NCBI GenBank assembly: GCA_000934665.2
Contig: KZ538021.1
Coordinates: 124,001-159,825, forward strand
Direction: 5' to 3'
Length of the DNA stretch: 35,825 nucleotides
From: Catajapyx aquilonaris
Lineage: Eukaryota
Shown here piece by piece: positions 1 through 11,600 of the stretch (within the stretch, counting starts at the first letter, position 1; every line of letters begins with the position of its first letter). The notes beneath the pieces were generated by a model that worked only from the letters and a program-made list of their open reading frames with translations, was not told the origin of the DNA and searched no databases. A program made the translations under genes and the position numbers.

Positions 1-919
1 CAAGCATATGTTGGGCATGGAAAAAAAAAAAGTAGGAACCTTCCCCTTCTGCCATGTAACCGTTGGATTTTGGTCGGAAAAGTACATACGACAAGTTTTA
101 GTGCTCCATCGATATGGTATCCGGCTTAATCCTAGATTTACAGGGTGGTAAACAAAAGGCGTTCAAATTTACAGCAGCTTACCTATAGGAAGCACATAAG
201 ACAGGAGCCAACAAGCTCTCGGTTGAGGTCCTACGTTTATTTTTGAGATACTTGCAACTCTGGCCCATATGGTGTGTATCCAAAAGTGGAAACACAAATA
301 CAAATGCAATTAGTGATTTAGATGCGGATTATACCCAGCAATTTTAAACAATTAGTGCGGAGGTCGTATTTTTCTATAAGGGGGCAGGAATAAACTGGTG
401 ATGCGATTAGAATACATTACGGTCGCGCTTAATGTCGCACCGATGTGGGGGATTACGGTACTTTTTATTCCCCATATTCCGGTTGGCTCTTGTCTAGTGG
501 CCATAAAAATGGTATGCGCTCTTTGTGACAGGAGGATAAATGCATTTATTCGTGCCCTCCCCTAGTTTTGAACCCCATGGGACGTGCCTTATCTCATCAA
601 GTGTGGAGGCTGATGGGGGCTTACCAGAACTTGATTAAGACAGAGCGGGCCCTAATTCTCTGGAAAAGCAGGGAATGTATTGCGTTAGGAAAGGTGAATC
701 GGTCGGTCGGCATCCGCACCAATTATAGGATTTGGTCCGCTTGAGCCGGGGCTTGGGATTCAGTTACACCGACACCTCTCCTACCCCCTTCCCATATATA
801 GTCCTGCAGGAAAACACAATCGGGCGTGATCATTACTTTCGGAATGGGGAGGGACATATTTGCATGAAGGGATTCAAAGCGCTTTCCATCTGGGACTTGT
901 GCATGAATGGTAAATTTTG

Positions 920-935
920 CTCTCTCTCTCTCTCT
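920..935. repeat. (CT)8 microsatellite forming the polypyrimidine tract of the first visible exon
   Basis: CTCTCTCTCTCTCTCT just upstream of the acceptor at 948-949. Confidence 0.9.
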
Positions 936-949
936 ACCTCCCCGTACAG

Positions 950-1072
950 AATCAGCCGTTCCAGGTGCCTTATAGCGATGGAGTCGACACACAGCATATG
1001 GTTTCCGACATCCGGTTGGAAGCGGAATTGGACAGACTGCGGCGTGACTTGGAGCAAGATCACATCCGTAAG
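950..1072 (+). CDS. IMMT: Mic60 internal coding exon (coiled coil, NQPFQVPYSDGVDTQHMVSDIRLEAELDRLRRDLEQDHIRK); 5' boundary uncertain (950, 956 or 965)
   Basis: A (CT)n/pyrimidine tract at about 915-943 precedes GTACAG|. The donor AAG|GTAAGT at 1073 is a consensus match in phase 0. The peptide end EQDHIRK matches the Mic60 segment (human ...QAEQDRK) that directly precedes the next exon. Confidence 0.82.
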
Positions 1073-4000
1073 GTAAGTGGTATAGAGGCTGCAGACAAGG
1101 GAGATGAACAGAGGAAAGGGGCTGGGGGTGGGAAGGGATTGTAGCTTCGAAATGGGTTTTCTCGTGCTTCGTCTTTCTCAGACACGCGATATTAAAAATT
1201 GCGGAATATTTCCTAAGCCTTCAACCGGTATTTCTTAAGCCTTACGTTATTATTCGGAAAAGATATTGTGTCTTCAAGTCAGCAATAAAGTAAAATCCCG
1301 ATGCCCATGTCGCTAGTATCTGTATAATGTAAAGGATTTTAATAATATTTATACATATTTTAAATATCGCGTTTTGTTCATACCGGTATAACAGAGTTAT
1401 TTTAAAGACCTTAAATATTTAACATGGCAGACATTGTATGTTGGGTTGAGATCTCAAAGGTTTCGAAAGGCCGTCTGTATGATTTCAAGGCGGGAAAGGA
1501 GTGGATGAGACAGTACGTAATATCTCATCATTTGCGTTAAAAGTCCTTTTGGCGATAAATTTCTCTCCATACATAAAGACAGACCGAATCAATATTGGCT
1601 AGGCCGTCTCCAGATGTGCGTGAGAGAAAAAAAAGAGGAAGAGGAAGAAGAGGACCGAGAATATTTTGTTTCTGCAATATTTCTTCCCAGCTGCGATTCG
1701 TAATGCGGAAGGGATAAAGTTGGTGCTGAAAGTGAAGTGAGTTGGACAGGACTAGACTTCCTTTTTTTATATATATAAAGTTCCTATACTACTACTTCTC
1801 TTTTGCTTCTCTCTCCTCCTTCTCTCTTTCCCCGGCAAACTCTGAGGTGTTTGTGTATAGCTGCAAAAAGAAAGGAAGTGAGAGCTCGAAGAATGGGATT
1901 ATGGGAGAAAAGGAGAGTTTGAGAAGTGCTGCTATGGACTTTGAGAAATTGAAGCTAGGGCCTGGGGTTCGAGGAAATCCAGTGCCATGCAACCAGACGA
2001 GAGCTTGCGAGGGAGGGAGACAGGAAAGAAAGAAAGAAAAAAGACGGTCAACGAACTACTTTCTAATGGATTTTGCAACTTTAGTTGTCTACACTCTCCC
2101 ACGATGTTTTTGCCAGGCGGGCAACCCATTCCGAGTGGGTAATCACTCTGGGAATCCAGTGTGGCCCACACTTTGACAGGATTCCAAGTTGCTGGTGAAC
2201 CGTTTGGCAATTTGCACAATTAGGCGAAGAAATTTGGATTACTTACTGACAGCTAAGTGATGAATATCAGAAAGTACACCTGGTGTACTATTTTGAAACT
2301 GGTATACTGCAAAAAATACGAGTGCTGGACAGGTCATTGCGACCTTGATGATTTCCAGCAAGTAGCATCAGTTTTGTGACTGACCGATGTCCCTTGTGGC
2401 AGGCCAATCAGTTGTTGGTGCGGGTCGAGAGTATCAGACAAAAAAGAGCGTAATTAGCGTTTGCAATGTGGGTTTGTAAACCCCCTCCTGTTGCCAGCTC
2501 CCCCTGGCAACGTGTTAAATGGCGAATGTCGACCGAAAATGAGAGAGTTAGCGGTCACATTGGAGGTTGGGAGGATTGAATCCCCGGAATATATTCAGCA
2601 CATTCTCTGACAGAGGCACATTGCCCCCCCTCCCCTCTTCTCTCCTGGGAGAGAGGGGGCATGAGTGTTGTCATACAAACCGTGTAGTGTCGTTGGGGCT
2701 TCGTTTTCCTGTAAAACTCGTGGTAATATCGAACGAGTAAGTGAAGCCAAACTGGCATTTGGAGGATAATAAGTGTCGGTTTTCATTACCAAGCCAAGCG
2801 ACAATGGTCTTGGGTGGCCTGGGATTGCCTTGCCTGGCTGTGTATTCTGGAAATGGACCGGTATGGAGCTCCGCGGTCCCAGGGAATATAATTAACCATT
2901 ACCTTAGGTCTACGGCCATCATAAGGGCTGTTCGTGCATTAGCCCAGACCTGCTATTAGCCGTGCGTATGGCAACAGCGCCTTTCAGAATTAACCTGACT
3001 GCGAGAGAATACTTTTTTTTTGAACTTTAACCGAGCGTAATACGTTTACTGAAAGCAAGCCCGCTTGTTTGTTTGCAATCACAGCTTGTATTGCGTTACT
3101 CTGAATGCCACGTATTCTGCATCACAATAAGTGTAATGTCCAACTAAAAGATGTACTGCTGGTGTATTTTTTTCTCGTCATATTCTGCTTGGATGCATGG
3201 AATCACCGATTTAAATGATGCACGTGTCGCGAGTGATTTTGTACGCCTTGGTTGAGGCTGATAGCGTTTGACACCGCGTCGGGTGAAAGGTCAGCGAACT
3301 AATTATATATTTTTAACGCCGGTCGCTGTAAATTGGCCATCAGGTGATGCTCGATTTGCGGGCATGTCAAGTTCTTACATTTCCACATGCCGGACGCCGT
3401 CACATGAAAGTTATGGCCACGCATCACCACGTATCATTCATACCAAACCGAGTGGTATATTACACTTTTTTCTATTTAAAAAAAAAGAGCATTCAGACTC
3501 TCATATAAAGGTGATCAATATTAACTACAAGTGGCATTACTCAGTGAACACTGTCCAGTTAAGTTAACTGAAAAAAACCTGGTTTTTGTGAAGCGAATTT
3601 TCGATTGAATCCCTGCGAGAAACATTTTGCGAGCTGCATTTCATTGGAAACCACAGCCGCTCGCTATTTTTTTTTTTTCCGCGAGGATTTGAAGTCTGAA
3701 TGGGAGAGACCTGTGTGGCACTGGTTCAATTGAGCGCTCTTCAGGCTTGCCTGCATTTGCCCCCACNCTCTCCTCTCGTGCAACTCCCCACATCTACTGT
3801 ATATGTTAGCCTGCAGAGAACTGAATCTGTGCGTGCTCAAATGTATCCAGCGGGGGCCTAAAACCAATTCTACGGGCGGGGACCCAAGTTGAACACGGCC
3901 AATCATGTGCAGGGTCAGCGATTTGCATGCGAATGGCGCCCTTCGCGTCCTTCTTAGGCGCCTCACAATCCTGGATTCCTTTGCTACGGACAGGTGTGGC

Positions 4001-7000
4001 CGTAGTTTACATTTTATTCCGGCAGCGGGTTTCACCTCCACAACCTGCCCACTTTCTTTTTTAGCTTGGGGGGCGTTGGGTATATGTGGTGAGTTACGGT
4101 CCAATTTGGGCCAGGAGGCGCAAGCCCGGTGTAATTACGGTAAATTGTGCAGGCACTTTAAGACGGTCTTATCTCGTTGTGTAGCTGTAAGGCTCGAATC
4201 CGCCTCAAGAATATCGCGACAGTACTTTCATCAAAGAGAGCCCCCCAAGGGCCAAATGGGAACCGTTTTTTCTTCGCGTGTGATTGCGGAGAAACGGAGC
4301 CTGTAGGTTCTAATTGTTACTGGTAAATAGCTGCAGTTAAACGAGGAGACATTGATCTTATCTGAAAGCACTTAGTGCTGTGCAGGGTGGTTTGAATTTT
4401 CTATTAGGTTATATTTTGACGCAAAAGGGCTTTGAACAAGGAGTTGAAATTCTAGGCCTTGGTTGCGTTAAAAAAAAAAAATACAGGCCATGAAATGTCA
4501 ACATAGAGTTAACCCCAGGAACATATACCCAAAGGATCGTACTTAATTCTGTTAAAATCAATCTGGCGACATCTGCATACTCTTCTGCCATAAATGACCG
4601 AAAAGGACACTGAAATAATTTCACAGGTGTGACATTCAAAGTCATTTTTCGCAATGCTGTTCTCATTACTGCATAACACAGTCCAATTCCCAACAAGGGC
4701 ACTTTGGTGAAGCATATTGGCATGCTAAAATTAAGAAAAAAAAGGGGCGCTTAGTTACCAAATTACGGTAACTTCTAGGACAATTAAGGTGGAGCACCCT
4801 GCTGCATACAGTGTTGCTTTATTTGAAAATGAGCGAATCTTCACATCATGGCCTCTGAGCGTTGCTTTCATTTTAATTAGGCAGGTACACAGTGCCTCGG
4901 TAAAGGGCAAATACGCAAGACAGCGTAATTCCAAGAAGCGGCAGAACAAATTGTTCACTGTTAGCATAAGTTATCTGGAGCCTTATTAACAGTAAAAAAA
5001 AATTCGTACACGAGCCCTCTGGGCGTTGCGTCGCTATATATACGTGCCTCAGGGTATGTGTATAGGTTACATCTATAGAGTGTACGCTACTAAAAATTGA
5101 TAGTGGGGATTTTCAGGTGGATCAGGCTGGATTTGATGGGATCGGGGCCGAAAGTAGAGGCGGGGTAATGGGATTTTGTAGGCAATTGTTTTGTGTTTAT
5201 TGTCGCCCGGTGGACCAGCTGCAGAGATATCCGCCAGCTAAAGTTTGCCTTATGTCATCATTTTTTTTTGCAACCGACCCACGGGGCAAAACACTAGATT
5301 ACTTATCGTTTGCCCAGTTTAGTTCATATATCACGTCTCCGATATGACAAATTGGGTCCGGTTTGCGTCAACCATATACCCTGCAGCCACCCCCCACCAT
5401 CCCTATACCCATATTCCCCGCTCGGAAAAAAAAGTAGCGGGTTAATCCATCACGAAAGACAGGTATACGCGACCTCCCCTAATTCCATATGCATACAGGC
5501 ATCTCTGCTACATCATCTTTCCTCTCTCGCGCTCGAATTGGGTCGTGGGGCTCCGAACCTGAATGTCATCCCGATGATGTAATGAGAAATTCACATTTTG
5601 AGGTTTCTGCAGGGATACCCCTCCTCCCTGGCCGTCTTTTTGCAACCTTATCCCTCGGATGAGATAAAAAAAAAAACACACATACTAACCCCCTTCCCAT
5701 GTCTCTTCCTCCACATTTTTTAGGGTCATCCCTCAGGGCCATAAAAGTCGGACCGACAATTTTCTTTTGCCTGCATGGAAACAGCGGACATTTTTTTTCT
5801 CCTTCTTCTTCTATGCCAAGTATTAGAGTAATTTTCCGGTCCCCACCAAAAGTGACGCTGGGAAAAAAGCTTATAGCTTTTTTATTGACGTCTATTGGGA
5901 TCTTGATGCTCTTCCCCTCTAATATACTCGGACGTGAAGCACCTCATGCAACGACCTGAATAGGCCTATTGTGTTATTTAAGGCATCTTAGGAACCAGAA
6001 AGGGAGGTCCCATAACCATGATAAAAAACGATAGATTCTAATGACGTATATGGGGTGAATAAACGCGATATGGTTATAAATGGGCCGTTGTGTCAGAGCC
6101 ATTTGTAAGCAAGGGTTAGACAGGGGGTAGGCTAGTGTGAGAGAGCAGCCCTTAGCAGGATAAGTGAATTTGGAGTAGGGAGGATGAGAGCCCAAAGCCT
6201 CTGAAGCTCCAGTCAAGCTTTAGTATGGGTTACTTTTTTGCGGCGAGGACCAAAAAAAAAAAGTAGGGGGGTCCTATTATGCAACCAGCGTTGCTTGGAG
6301 GTGCGAAAATGGAAAGTGTCGGCTAGGGGCGAATTTCTCCTCCAATTCGGATAGGTCTTTTTCATACGTCTTTCGTACCTGGTTATTGATTGCTGGCAGG
6401 AACAATTTGCAGCTTAGGATTTTTTATTTTATTTGGAAGGGTGTGTGCTGGAATCAACTAGGGTGTCGTTTACACAACTCTGGTTGAAAAGTGCAGGCAA
6501 GGGATACCATGCAAATAGGAGCCATAAGAAATGGGAGGTCATTTCCAACAATTTTTTTGGGAGCGAAACAGACGGATTTTGGAGATTGAAAAGCGATCGT
6601 TTCGCGTGCGGCACGTTTTAACGACGCCTGCAACTTTTCTGCCCCTCTCGAAAATCTGCGAAAAGAGGGTGTTACAGCGTGACTTAATTTGCATATCAAA
6701 TACAATCCCGTACCTCCATTTCGGATAGACTGGTTAATCCGGATGGGCTTCCCGAAACTGCAGGCGAGCTCGCTTCTTGAAAGTGTCAAAAACTCGTTTC
6801 ATAGCTCTCTTTTTTTTTTGGCAATGTGTCGTGGGGAGGGGTTGGAGATGGAAGAGCTGGTGGGGTGGGTGGGGGGTTCCCTTTTGGCTGCTGAATCTCT
6901 TTACCTTCACCGCTTGCGGAATGAACTGGCTGTTTCATCATCCTTTGAGCGTTGGGAGCGCTTACATATCGACCTTTTCGTCGTCGTCGGTTTTGGGACG

Positions 7001-7075
7001 CAATATGCCGCAACATCCTACTTCTCTGGTTCGTTAGGTGGAATTTTGTCGTCGTTTTACCAGCGGGAGGGAAAA

Positions 7076-7103
7076 AGAGAGAGAAGGGAGAGAGAGAGAG
7101 AGA
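7076..7103. repeat. Interrupted (GA)n microsatellite
   Basis: AGAGAGAGAAGGGAGAGAGAGAGAGAGA. Confidence 0.9.
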
Positions 7104-7249
7104 CGGGGAATATTACGTCTGGTGGTCGTCAGGTTTCTTGGCGAGTGAGCGTGCTATTCCCCTGGTGTTATTTTGGGAACCGGAGATCAGGTGTATAGTC
7201 GAAATGCGGTGCACAAAATGGAATCCTGTCTCTTGAAAGGCCATCCCCA

Positions 7250-7271
7250 CTCTCTCTCTCTCTCTCTCTCT
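7250..7271. repeat. (CT)11 microsatellite
   Basis: CTCTCTCTCTCTCTCTCTCTCT followed by a T run. Confidence 0.92.
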
Positions 7272-8554
7272 TTTTGGCTTTCTGCGGGAGTCTGACATGT
7301 GTCGTGTTTCCATTTTCCAGCACCATTGGACACATGCTGAAAAAATAAGAATGAAAATTATACACTTGCAACGCGAACTTAATTATACCATTTTGGTCGG
7401 CTCTAACGTGTTATCCCACCAAATTAACAATTAGCCCACGCCATTACAATGAAATATTGTGCATGGACATTATGCGGTGCCCAATTTAATAGGCTTCATA
7501 CCGCGATAAGTTATTTATGATGCCCACCCATGTTCGCGAATGAGATGACCTGTTCAATTTAACATGGTACAGGGACATCATCAGGTCAAGTGCAATTTGT
7601 TTTAAAAGCCGTTGTTGAGAATCAAAAAAAATTAATACAAGAGTGAGTTTGTACAGGGTCCAAGTTCCCAACAAAATTTAAAGATAAGCAACAATCACAT
7701 CAAGTCAAGCCTGATTGTTGCTTCCAACTAATTGCAGCTCTTTGTATTGCTTGATGAAGTAAATTCATAACTTGCGGCCTTTGAATGTGTGTGCCGTCTT
7801 GTGTAATAACTTGGCACATTTTTACAAACGTTATAGTGGGGCAGAAAATGGAATACGAAATGCTCGCTGCTGTGCGACTAAAGGAAAGTAAAATTTGATC
7901 CTCATGTATCGTTGAAGCTCTGCTGTGTAAAGACAAGGCACAAAAAGGAAGCGTTTGTGGCGTACGTGAATAATTCCTGGTCGGGTTAGTTCACTTAGTC
8001 TTGCGGTATACGTAATCCAGCCCCCCCTGGAGTATACACCCGCGGTTTCAAGAGCGGGCATGCGAGTAGTGTCTGGAATTGCAAAATTGGTCGCCACATT
8101 TTCCGGAACGAGCACAGAGATATTCAGCTGGGTAAGAAGCCGCCACATGCTTTTAAAAGGCATCATTACCTCCCAGAAAGCACATTTATAAATTGTCGAT
8201 TCTACCATATTTCCAGGACGTACAGGATCATCTTTGCATTTTTAATATTTAGAATGGGCTTGTCACGAAGGTGTTTCACTTTGCCAGAAATTTGGCATTA
8301 CTTAGTCATATTAATTCAGTTTTGTGAAAGGAAGGTCTCATAAACGAAAGATTAGTTTCCTGCTTTACCACTTGATTTGAATAGGCATTGCCAAATGTAA
8401 CATAAAGTCTGATTGACCAAATCATCCCAATGAAGAAGTTGGTTACAAATGTGTTGTCATAAGCATTTATGCAAAGACGAGAAAGGAACGCGACCAGAGT
8501 CCGGTGCTTCCCTGATAATAATTGCGACACCTCCCTTTTGAGTCCCTATACTAC

Positions 8555-8660
8555 TCCCGCCCCCGCTCTCCTCTTCCTCCCACTACCACCCTTTTTCTCT
8601 TTTCATCCTGGGTCTCCCCCCCCNCCCCCCCCCCCCTTTTACCTCCCTCTCTGCCTCCCC
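8555..8660. repeat. C/pyrimidine-rich low-complexity tract including a ~20-nt poly-C run
   Basis: Several C runs (CCCGCCCCG, CCCCCCCCnCCCCCCCCCCCC, CCTCCCT, CCTCCCCC). Confidence 0.8.
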
Positions 8661-11600
8661 CGAAAAGCCGCATTCCAATTCCGTTATCTCCTGCTGCCAG
8701 TCTGCACCCCGAGGCCAGCCTCAGCAGCTGGGACCATTATCTGTGCTTTGAATGTACGTTGTGCTCATGAATCACCTCCCACCCCTCCCCCCTCCCTAAC
8801 CCACCAAAGCAACCACCCCCGTCGGCTCTATCACTACCAACTTCTCCACTTTGATGGCAGTGTCACCAAGATACGGCCCAGTGGCGTTTGAGAAATTCGC
8901 AAGACTAATTTGACAAGAATGTGATCTTATACACCGGTTTCCAATGTCCAGCATATCCTTCTTCTAATCCGCTTATTCTCTCTGTCGGGTCGGGTATTTG
9001 TCCGACCTGATAGTAGCACTATCGCCCGCACGACGTGAGAGTGGCAGGAGTGTGCAGGGAAAAGGTGCGCCATCTATGCGTGAAGAATCGTACTACATGG
9101 TTAATCGGCCGGCAGCGTGGTACTATCAGGTTGGATGGAGAGAAATAGCGCTTTCTAAATTTTGGAAACGGGTTCACTTGTTTGATATAAGGCCAGTATA
9201 ACGTGTAGATAAACAAGTTGTCCCAAGCCTGGGCATATTGAGTCTTCCAAGTCGACGGCCGTGCTTTTAGGGTGGGTAATAGCGGAGCCATTTTGTCAAA
9301 GGTCATGTCGTTCCTGGTGGCAATTTCCTGCGGACAGTCAGCGGACTGAGGGGGGGGGGGNNTGTTTGGAAGCTCCCGGCGATCTTGTTTCTCCGGGCTG
9401 TATTTCTGGCTTGAAGGGCGTGGAGTTAATCCGGGCTCGGGGTGTGGACAGTCCGGGCAGGCTGAAAAGACGCGATAGGCTTCCTGCTGGAGTGGTGTAG
9501 GCGAGACCCTTTTTGCTCGCCGATTCCGCTATCAGTCGGGACTCCTCTGCAAACATGTCAATTCCACAGCCTTTCCCTGGGTTTATACTGTACCCCCCAC
9601 ACCCCCAAACCCTCTCCTGGTTTTTCAACCCCGATGCTGTGCCCCTGTTTGCGAAATGGCCACGGTTTCCTCATCACGTTGTTTATCTTGTGCTTCCACC
9701 TAGCTTATTGATACGCGGGGGCTCAAATGGAATGGATTTTTTTTTTTTTCTCTTCTTTCCTCTATGCACCGAAGGGGTGTGTGCTTCGATCAGTGCTTTT
9801 ATGGCGCGTGGTTATGTTAACATTGGGATGTGCGGTGGGGCTCATATAAATACAGGACTGAAAGTGATGAAGGAAGCTGGGCGGAGAAGATCTATTCTGA
9901 TCAAGATTGCTTCCGTCGGGGGGGGGGNGGGTAGGACTGTTTGAACAAGGGTTTCAGACCACGGGCGAGATCAACTGGTATATAAATAGATACATTTCCG
10001 CTGACTCTCGGAATCCTTCAAAATTGCTGGTGAGAGTATGCATTGTTAGACTTCTTGTGTAGCATTTCTTCGAAAAAAATGTCCTCTATGGAAAAAAAAG
10101 TAGACATAACGGGCCATTCCCAATTTTTACCATTAACAATGCTGGGGAACGTAACCAGATTGGTATTAATTTCAGGTCGCGCTTGGTTAATTTCACGGCC
10201 TGCGACTGGGTTTATCATTTGCGGCGAAATTTTCCATGGATTTGGCTGGAATGAGTAACCAATAACCTGCAGTGTATGTGCTATATAACGGATGGAACTC
10301 ATCTGGTTTGAATGTGCGTTATGACCATTTTCATGGTAAATGATGTATCCTCTCATGGGGGGTGTTAAAAGCAGAGGGTGGCCCTTTTCTCTCCCTGAGT
10401 TGAAATGCATTAAATTATAGTAGCTTGTTCACATTTTAGCAGTCCCGACTTTTTTTTCCCCCCTCCGAAACTTCAGCACGAGCTGATGGCACTCACACCC
10501 GGTAACGAGCTATATTTCCAAATGAAACAGTTCGCTTTTGACAGAACCGCGGATGATGACGTCATTGCGCGATTTTGAGTCCTCTCGGTACTGGGTTTAG
10601 TTTTGTCGAAAATCCGGTTAATTCTCGAACTTGCCCCCCAGAAGAGGAGGCTTTATCAGTGGGAAATGAAGGACCCAATTAGAGCAATTTGCTGCAACAA
10701 GAATGGCACTCGAAAATTTTGACCACCTTATATCCTCTCGTGTTCCCCCCCATCTGCCAAACAGCTAGAAGCTGAAATAAGGGAGTTATGAAAATGGGGG
10801 CGGGCGAGGATAATCTTGGGAAAAGCCTTTCCCTCGGATGCCTTTATTAGACCGCAGAATATGTTGTGAGGGGGAATAATTTGCTGCTTGATTGGACTTC
10901 TTGGCTTACTTCCTCTTCCAACACAACTCCCATTCAGCGTGAACATTGCCCTTCAGGCCAGCTTGCGCAGCAAACTGCGATATCTTGGTCGGTTAAGTGG
11001 AAGCAAGAGACGGTTACATACTGTCGGTCCTGCACCAATTCTGCTTACTCTACCCGAATTGATGTGTAGGCATATATACTGATGTAGGTCAAATCAGATA
11101 ATTATCAGTGCAAAGATGTAATGCGATTACTTTCGCATTTGCTTGGAAAACAAATATGCCCTTTCATTTGGGGAAGTAAATAATGACTGCCGCCTATGGA
11201 TTATGCATGAAGTATTTGTCAAAATTGGCGGAATAATGAATTGTGTTCAGCACGATTTTGATTAATCATCCGATTCCAAAACGGTTCAGCCTATATCGGG
11301 ATAAGGTTGACAGCAAAGTTATGATGCCGTTGTAATTCAATCAGCCTCTTTCGTTTACTTTGTGTTTGCTGAGGTGTGTATGTACTCATCGTATTATCCA
11401 GAGTTAATTTACACCGATATCGATTTATGACGGTCGCCAGAAAAAAAGTCGCGCTCTTTTTTCTCTGGCCGATGTCGGTCTCAAAAGGATTTTCGTGGAT
11501 AATGAAGTTAGGTAATGAGCTCTAAAAAGTAAAGAATGAGGCGAGGAAAATAAGGTTAATTTTTTTTGTAAGAATAAAATGCTTTCCGGGCAGATATTCC

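Noticed and set aside
320..460. Segment ending in GATTACGGTA, reminiscent of TACCGTA/TACGGTA-ended MITEs
   Set aside because: No matching left inverted repeat is visible in the window.
2258..2383. TGATGA...CTGA, possible intronic C/D box snoRNA
   Set aside because: No terminal stem and no recognisable rRNA antisense guide. These short motifs occur often by chance.
6689..7198. 169-aa + strand ORF
   Set aside because: It crosses T and G runs and a GA microsatellite, with no homology or codon bias.
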